Assembly: GCA_028691285.1 (NCBI GenBank)
Contig: JAQUZO010000001.1
Span: 1-54,989 of the forward strand
Direction: 5' to 3'
From: Anaerovibrio sp.
GTDB lineage: Bacteria; Bacillota; Negativicutes; Selenomonadales; Selenomonadaceae
Length of the DNA stretch: 54,989 nt
Positions 48,998-54,989 of the stretch are shown here, piece after piece. Made by a program: the position numbers and the translations under genes. A model generated the notes under the pieces. It saw nothing but the letters and a program-made list of their open reading frames with translations, ran no database searches and had not been told where the DNA came from. Each line of letters begins with the position of its first letter. The stretch's first letter is position 1.

Positions 48998-49306
48998 TTG
49001 GTAAATCCAAAATTAAAGGATGAGCTGAATGATCAGCTGTGCCAAGCAGTGCTGCAGCTTGAAACTGTAGAGGAATGCTATCAGTTCTTTGAGGATATAT
49101 GCACGATCAGTGAAATGAAAGCCATGTCACAGCGTCTGGAGGTAGCCAAGATGCTCCAGAGGCGTCATACCTATGATGAGATCGTGAGCCGCACAGGTGC
49201 CAGCACGGCTACGATCAGCCGTGTAAAGCGATGCCTGAATTATGGGGCGGATGGCTATAATCTGATTTTTGAGCGTCTGAATCAGGAGGACGAGGCAAAA
49301 AAATAA
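48998..49306 (+). CDS. yerC: TrpR-like YerC/YecD regulator (probable HisR)
   Basis: ECYQFFEDICT..E...SQR..VA..L....TY..I...TGASTATISRV.RCL.YG pattern; TTG start after GGTGGT (GTG 48986 is the alternative). Confidence 0.9.
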   Translation: MVNPKLKDELNDQLCQAVLQLETVEECYQFFEDICTISEMKAMSQRLEVAKMLQRRHTYDEIVSRTGASTATISRVKRCLNYGADGYNLIFERLNQEDEAKK

Positions 49307-49340
49307 GCCTGAAAAGAGAATTAGGGGAGATTTACAGACA

Positions 49341-50525
49341 ATGAGCAGTAAGGATTTGGTTTTGGAAATTCCATACGGAACGCGTGATTTTTTACCTCAG
49401 GAGGCTGCTGAAAAAAGAGCCATCGAAGCATGTATTGCCAGGGAGTTTGAGATTTGGGGCTATGATGAGGTTGTGACCCCGACTATCGAATTCTTGGATA
49501 CTTTGACCATGGGCAATGGCAGCAATTTGGAGCCTCAGATGTTTAAGCTCTTTGACAAGGAAAATCGGACGATGGCGCTCAGATATGAGATGACCACTCC
49601 TATTGCGCGGGTGGTGGCAAGCCGTTTGGGTGAGGAGTGGCTCCCGCATAAGCTGTCCTATATCAGCAGTGTTTTTCGTTATGAAAAAACTCAGACTGGA
49701 CGCCAGTGCGAATTTCATCAGGCTGGGGTCGAGCTGATTGGCAGCTCGAAGGCAACGGCAGACGCAGAGGTCATCGCTTTGGCGGCAAATCTGATGAAGA
49801 AGGCCGGGCTGAAGGATTTTCAGATTTGTCTTGGGCAGGTGGAATTCATCAATGGACTGATGCAGCAGTGCTGTATTTTCCCCAAGCAGCAGGCACTGAT
49901 CAAGGAGGCCATTGAACGCAGGGATTTGGTTGCACTGAATGAGATTGTCGATGCAACCGAGCTGTCGGCTTCTGCCAGGGAAATGGTCAAGCAGCTTCCA
50001 TTGCTGCATGGCGGCCGCCAGGTTTTGAAAAAGGCATACAATATGGCCATGAATGAGCAGTCCAGGCGCGCCTTGGACAATCTGACAGAAATTTATGAGC
50101 TGTTGGAGGCCTATGATGCAGCTGAATATGTGACCTTCGATTTGGGCGTCATTCGTGATTTCAGCTATTATACAGGCATGGTGTTCGAGACCTATACACC
50201 CGGGCTTGGTTTTCCGCTGTGCGGGGGCGGGCGTTATGACCACATGCTGACGGATTTTGGGACAGCCTTGCCTGCAACCGGATTTGCTGTAGGCATTGAG
50301 CGCATCCTGCTGGCCCTGGAGCGTCAGGGACTGGAAAAGCCACAGGCTGTGAAGGATATATATGCAGCCTATGCACCGGGTAAGCAGCTGGAGGCTATCC
50401 GCATGGTGCAGAAGCTCAGGGATGAAGGAAAGACCTGTGAGCTGGCCATGTCAGCTTGTCTGGAGCAGGAGGCCGAGGCTTACCGCGCAGAAAAGGGCTA
50501 TCAGCAGGTGATTTTCATTAAATAA
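49341..50525 (+). CDS. hisZ: ATP phosphoribosyltransferase regulatory subunit
   Basis: HisRS-like fold (P.GTRD, EFHQAGVE, YYTG, GGGRYD); partner of the short HisG. Confidence 0.93.
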   Translation: MSSKDLVLEIPYGTRDFLPQEAAEKRAIEACIAREFEIWGYDEVVTPTIEFLDTLTMGNGSNLEPQMFKLFDKENRTMALRYEMTTPIARVVASRLGEEWLPHKLSYISSVFRYEKTQTGRQCEFHQAGVELIGSSKATADAEVIALAANLMKKAGLKDFQICLGQVEFINGLMQQCCIFPKQQALIKEAIERRDLVALNEIVDATELSASAREMVKQLPLLHGGRQVLKKAYNMAMNEQSRRALDNLTEIYELLEAYDAAEYVTFDLGVIRDFSYYTGMVFETYTPGLGFPLCGGGRYDHMLTDFGTALPATGFAVGIERILLALERQGLEKPQAVKDIYAAYAPGKQLEAIRMVQKLRDEGKTCELAMSACLEQEAEAYRAEKGYQQVIFIK

Positions 50526-50530
50526 ATTGT

Positions 50531-50578
50531 CAGGGCAGCTGTATTCTGATGTCTGCATTGGAATGGGCTGCCTGTTTT
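50531..50578 (+). terminator. Hairpin/terminator after hisZ
   Basis: CAGGGCAGCTGTATTCTGATG-TCTG-CATTGGAATGGGCTGCCTG followed by TTTT; many G:U pairs. Confidence 0.7.
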
Positions 50579-50678
50579 GTTAGAAAAATTGACTGGCAGA
50601 GGCCTTGAGGCAGACAGATACATTTTGTATGGAACTGCCTGTTCTGCCGGCCGGGCTGGTTCCCAGGAAGGATATTTT

Positions 50679-51233
50679 ATGCTGTACAGGATGAAGCAGT
50701 TTTTCAATGGAATATTTGCACAGGGCGCTGAGGGAGAGGAAGTGGAGCTGCTCCGAGAGGCTTTGCCTGAGGAAGAGATGAGGCTTTTTTTTCAGATGAA
50801 CAAAGCAGATCAGCGGCATGCCTTGAATGTATTGAAAACTGCACAGTCTTTGCTGCAGGATGCAGGAATTGGGCAGCAGAATGTCATTCAGGCAGAGGAG
50901 GCACGGAAGCTGCTGGTTCGCTGCTGCCTTCTGCATGATGTCGGACGGGGCTATGAAATGGGGCCTGTACGCAAGTCCCTGGCAGTACTGCTTGACAGCT
51001 TGTTTCCCAATTGGGCACGAGAATATGACAGGAATGACGCTGCAGGTTATTTAGGAAAAATTCTGTATCGTTACTACAAGCATGCGGCGATTGGCAGCGA
51101 AATGCTGCGAAAGCAGGGGCTGACAGAGGAAGCGAAAATTGTGGCACTGCACCACCAGGAGGGCTTTAGTGGATTGGATGAACAGCAGAAGGTGATTTTG
51201 CTGGTTTTGAAACAGGCTGATAATCTGAACTAA
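50679..51233 (+). CDS. HD-domain phosphohydrolase
   Basis: H...LLHDVG...H...HH...AD metal-ligand pattern; AAGGA RBS before ATG 50679. Confidence 0.85.
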   Translation: MLYRMKQFFNGIFAQGAEGEEVELLREALPEEEMRLFFQMNKADQRHALNVLKTAQSLLQDAGIGQQNVIQAEEARKLLVRCCLLHDVGRGYEMGPVRKSLAVLLDSLFPNWAREYDRNDAAGYLGKILYRYYKHAAIGSEMLRKQGLTEEAKIVALHHQEGFSGLDEQQKVILLVLKQADNLN

Positions 51234-51253
51234 GTATTTTTAAGGTATATGGA

Positions 51254-54229
51254 GTGGATATGGTGATCGATGTCAAGAAAAAGCTACAAGAGGGCTTCAT
51301 ATCAGCTTTTGTAGATAATAATATGAATTCTGATGTAAATTATCGTCCGCAATTTGTGCTGAATAATAATAAGCTGGGGCAAAAAGTACTTACTACCTTG
51401 GAAGCAGAGTTTAATAATTGTGATGAGTTTTTTATCAGTGTGGCATTTATCACCATGAGTGGGCTAGTGCCTCTTTTGCAAACTTTGCAGGAATTGGAGG
51501 ATAATGGTGTTCCTGGCAAAATTATTACAACGGACTATTTATCTTTCAGTGAACCATCAGCTCTTGATAAGCTAAATTCATTTTCCAATATAGAGCTGCG
51601 CTTTTTTTGTGCAGGTGAGAGTGGTTTCCACACCAAAGGATATATTTTCCGCAAGGACGCAGAATATCGGATGATTGTTGGTTCATCTAATCTAACCAGC
51701 AATGCGCTTACGCGTAATGAGGAATGGAATACAAAAATTGTAGCTTTAAAAGAGGGGGAATATACCAAAAATATTTGCACAAGATTTGATGAATTGTGGG
51801 AAAATGATAATACCAAGCATTATGATGAGATTGCTGAAAGCTATAGGGAAAATTATGCTGCGCAAAAGGCATTGCGACAGGGTGCAGGTTTTGTTGGTAT
51901 CAATGAAGCCGTTGGGAATTATATTATCAGGCTGCGTCCAAATCTCATGCAGGAACAGTTCGTTAAAAATATGCGGTACTTGCAAAGCAGAGGCGCTAGA
52001 AGAGCGTTGTTGATTTCTGCCACGGGTACAGAAAAAACTTATGCTTCTGCATTTGCTGTGCGAGATTTTGCGCCGAAACGTTTATTGTTTCTAGTACATA
52101 GAGAGCAAATTGCCAAGCAGGCACAAAAGAGTTATCAACGTGTTTTGGGGCAAAGAGCAAGGGACGAAATGGGTATGTTGTCTGGAAACGTCAAGAATAT
52201 TGACAAAAGGTATTTGTTTTCGACGATGCAGTCTATGGCTAGAGATGATACCTTAATGCAGTTTTCTCCAGACACTTTCGATTTTATTGTTATAGATGAG
52301 GCACATCGAGGTGGTGCGGCTAGCTATCAGAAAATTGTTAATTATTTTCGTCCTAAATTTCTTTTAGGGATGACAGCTAGTCCAGATCGTACGGATGGAT
52401 ATGATATTTATCAGCTTTTTGATTATAATATTGCTTATGAAATTCGATTGAAGCAGGCGCTTGAGGAGGATTTTCTATGCCCTTTTCATTATTTTGGAAT
52501 AACAGATGCCTATCTTGATAATATTAAAATCAAGGATATGGCTTTGGCACAAGCGGTTCAAGTTCTGACAGAAGATGAAAGATTGGATTACGTATTGCAA
52601 AAAGCAAATTTTTATGGTTTTAGTGGTTCACGTGTAAAAGGATTGGTTTTTTGTAGCCGTAATGAGGAAGCACAAAGGCTATCTGAAAAAATGAATCGGA
52701 GGATTAACCCAGCCACAGGAACATATTATAGAACAGTGAATGTGGCAGGTACAACTTCACAACAGGAACGAGAGCATGCTATTGAACAGTTGGCTACAGA
52801 TACTATAACGAAGGATTATTTAGATTATATTTTTTCGGTTGATATTTTTAATGAAGGCGTTGATATACCGGAAATCAATCAGGTAATTATGCTTCGTCCA
52901 ACACAAAGCCCCATAGTTTTTGTGCAGCAGCTGGGGCGTGGGCTGAGAAAATATCAAGACAAAGAATATGTGGTTATTCTTGATTTTATTGGTAATTATG
53001 TAGAAAATAATTTTATGATACCTATTGCTCTTAGCGGAGATAGAAGCTATAACAAAGACAATATTCGCAGGTGTGTCATGGAGGGAAATCGCCTAATTCC
53101 AGGGTCATCTACGATTCATTTTGATAAAATAGCTAAGCAAAGAATTTTTCAGTCAATAGATAATACCAATTTAGGTGATGTGAAAATAATTAAGGAAAAT
53201 TATCAACGACTGCGTAGAAAACTAGGAAAAATTCCTACGTTAATGGATTTTGATAGATATGGCGAGATGGACATTACATGTGTATTTCGCAACAAATCAT
53301 TAGGTTCATATTATTGCTTTTTGCAAAAGTATGAGAAAAATGATTATAAAATCAAATTAAATAACCTGGAAGATAAATTCATAAAATATATTTCTTGTAA
53401 ATTTGGGGATGGAAAACGGCCTCATGAATTGGAAATATTATTATTGCTGCTTTCTGGAGAAAGAAGACTGTTTGCTGTGTTGGCAGAACGCTTGCAGGAA
53501 AAATATCAGATTGCCTTTAAGGTGAATACAAAAAAGAATTTGATTAATATTATGACTGCAAATTTTGCTACTGGTACTGCAGCTAAAACGTTTGCTGATT
53601 GTGTTTTTATAGCTCGTAACGGTGAGGATTACCAAGCATCGGAGATATTTGCTAAATGCTTGTCTAATACAGACTTTGCGGCTATGGTAAGAGAACTGGC
53701 AGAGTTTGCACTGGCAAGGTATACTAAAAACTATAGCGCAGGTAATAGTAACAGTGGCTTTAAACTATATCAAAAATATTCGTATGAAGATGTGTGTCGT
53801 TTGTTGGAGTGGTCAAATAGTGTGGTGCCTTTGAATATTGGCGGCTATAAATATGACGCTGCGACTAATACTTATCCTGTGTTTATAAATTACGATAAAG
53901 GAGAAAATATCAGTGAAGCTACGGCTTATTACGATAGATTTGTAAATAATTATCAATTAATTGCTGTATCTAAAAATAACCGTACTCCTGAATCTGACGA
54001 TGTAAAGCGTTTTTTGCAAGCAACGCAGACAGATACACCAGTGGATTTATTTGTTCGCAAGAATAAGGATGATAAGGAGGCAAAAAGCTTTTATTATCTG
54101 GGGAGGATGGAAGCAAAAAGTTACAAGAAAATCAACATGGCAGGAAAAGATGCAGTGGAAATATTTTGGCAGCTTGCTGTGCCGGTGCGTGAGGATATAT
54201 ACGATTATTTGACAAGCGAGGTTTTATAA
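51254..54229 (+). CDS. PLD nuclease - SF2 helicase - DUF3427 protein (SauUSI-like type IV restriction enzyme)
   Basis: HTKGY...GSSNLT PLD motif, Walker A TGTEKT (degenerate), DEAH, TAS and QQLGRGLR; C-terminal DUF3427-like region; AT-rich. Start is GTG 51254 or ATG 51260. Confidence 0.88.
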   Translation: MDMVIDVKKKLQEGFISAFVDNNMNSDVNYRPQFVLNNNKLGQKVLTTLEAEFNNCDEFFISVAFITMSGLVPLLQTLQELEDNGVPGKIITTDYLSFSEPSALDKLNSFSNIELRFFCAGESGFHTKGYIFRKDAEYRMIVGSSNLTSNALTRNEEWNTKIVALKEGEYTKNICTRFDELWENDNTKHYDEIAESYRENYAAQKALRQGAGFVGINEAVGNYIIRLRPNLMQEQFVKNMRYLQSRGARRALLISATGTEKTYASAFAVRDFAPKRLLFLVHREQIAKQAQKSYQRVLGQRARDEMGMLSGNVKNIDKRYLFSTMQSMARDDTLMQFSPDTFDFIVIDEAHRGGAASYQKIVNYFRPKFLLGMTASPDRTDGYDIYQLFDYNIAYEIRLKQALEEDFLCPFHYFGITDAYLDNIKIKDMALAQAVQVLTEDERLDYVLQKANFYGFSGSRVKGLVFCSRNEEAQRLSEKMNRRINPATGTYYRTVNVAGTTSQQEREHAIEQLATDTITKDYLDYIFSVDIFNEGVDIPEINQVIMLRPTQSPIVFVQQLGRGLRKYQDKEYVVILDFIGNYVENNFMIPIALSGDRSYNKDNIRRCVMEGNRLIPGSSTIHFDKIAKQRIFQSIDNTNLGDVKIIKENYQRLRRKLGKIPTLMDFDRYGEMDITCVFRNKSLGSYYCFLQKYEKNDYKIKLNNLEDKFIKYISCKFGDGKRPHELEILLLLLSGERRLFAVLAERLQEKYQIAFKVNTKKNLINIMTANFATGTAAKTFADCVFIARNGEDYQASEIFAKCLSNTDFAAMVRELAEFALARYTKNYSAGNSNSGFKLYQKYSYEDVCRLLEWSNSVVPLNIGGYKYDAATNTYPVFINYDKGENISEATAYYDRFVNNYQLIAVSKNNRTPESDDVKRFLQATQTDTPVDLFVRKNKDDKEAKSFYYLGRMEAKSYKKINMAGKDAVEIFWQLAVPVREDIYDYLTSEVL

Positions 54230-54230
54230 A

Positions 54231-54629
54231 TTGAAGACTATAGAGGTTGTTGCTGCTATTGTGCAGGATGGAGAGAGAATTTTTGCGACACAGCGCGGCT
54301 ATGGCGAGTTTAAGGATGGCTGGGAATTTCCGGGCGGCAAAATAGAAGCCGGCGAGACAAAAGAAGCTGCTTTGGTGCGAGAACTGCGAGAAGAACTGGA
54401 CATGGAGGTAAAGATCGGGGAGCTTTTTGAAACAGTGGAGTATGATTACCCTGATTTTCATTTGACTATGCATTGCTTTTTGTGCACGCTGAAAGCCAAA
54501 GAATATGTCCTCAAGGAGCATGAAGCTGCCAGATGGCTTTTGTGCTCTGAGCTGAGATCTGTCGATTGGCTGCCAGCAGATTTAGGCCTTATTGCAAAGC
54601 TGCAGAAGATGCAGTCTTTTGCGCGCTGA
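54231..54629 (+). CDS. MutT/NudG-like NUDIX hydrolase
   Basis: WEFPGGKIEAGET...ALVRELREEL Nudix box; TTG start 1 nt after the helicase stop. Confidence 0.94.
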   Translation: MKTIEVVAAIVQDGERIFATQRGYGEFKDGWEFPGGKIEAGETKEAALVRELREELDMEVKIGELFETVEYDYPDFHLTMHCFLCTLKAKEYVLKEHEAARWLLCSELRSVDWLPADLGLIAKLQKMQSFAR

Positions 54630-54810
54630 CGGTATGCCAGTATTTTAGATATAATGCAAATTTGATTGAGTATAATTTTAAGATGGCATTTTTTAGCCTT
54701 GCAGGAATGCTGTACCTGTTGAACTGATTTATTTATCCTGAAAAGAAGGATTTTCTGTATGAGCAGCGAATATGACTAAGGAGAAAATATCAGGAAAGAG
54801 GCAGATTTAG

Positions 54811-54989
54811 ATGCAATATAAGGCAGTTATTTTTGATTTGGACGGAACGCTTATCAATTCGATAGAAGATTTGGCTGACAGCTGCAATGAAATGCTGATG
54901 GCCTATGATTTGCCTGTTCACACTGTTGAGGAATATAAATATTTTGTAGGCAATGGAGTTCCCAAGCTGGTGGAGCGTGCCTTGACGGC
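54811..54989 (+). CDS. HAD-family hydrolase (phosphoglycolate phosphatase-like), 3' end lies outside the window
   Basis: MQYKAVIFDLDGTLINS...FVGNG, translated by hand; GAGG RBS. Confidence 0.9.
   Translation, partial: MQYKAVIFDLDGTLINSIEDLADSCNEMLMAYDLPVHTVEEYKYFVGNGVPKLVERALT

Noticed and set aside
49341-50525. Possible histidyl-tRNA synthetase
   Set aside because: The short-form HisG in the window, the linkage to yerC and the reduced C-terminal domain fit HisZ better.

Overview
A mostly housekeeping chromosomal segment from a moderate-GC anaerobic Firmicute. The gene content and protein style suggest Negativicutes (Selenomonadaceae/Anaerovibrio-like), which is an inference. In order: 5'-truncated infB, rbfA and a DHH phosphoesterase; glycerate kinase; a divergent LysR/MFS pair; superoxide reductase; polC; tRNA cluster Asp-Gly-Cys-Gly-Cys; a mixed operon (two hypotheticals, ade, DD-carboxypeptidase, esterase, ATP-grasp, cyclophilin, GIY-YIG); hisGDCBHAF(IE); YgjP-like protein; MATE; FIST-GGDEF cyclase; double-domain U32 protein, class III aminotransferase and DUF554; dinB; tRNA cluster fMet-Thr-Met; dnaE; tgt, 5-FTHF cyclo-ligase, secD, secF; SagB-type nitroreductase; PTS EIIA; recG; yerC/HisR-hisZ; HD protein; an AT-rich SauUSI-like PLD-helicase-DUF3427 plus NUDIX cassette; and a 3'-truncated HAD hydrolase. 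I saw no CRISPR array, transposase or integrase. The most notable observations are a PolC cleanly lacking its 3'-5' exonuclease domain but with an intact PHP site, the U32-U32 fusion linked to an aminotransferase, a cyclophilin with a possible second internal start, a tail-anchored EIIA, a possible HisR regulon, and a type IV restriction-like enzyme with a mutated Walker A motif.
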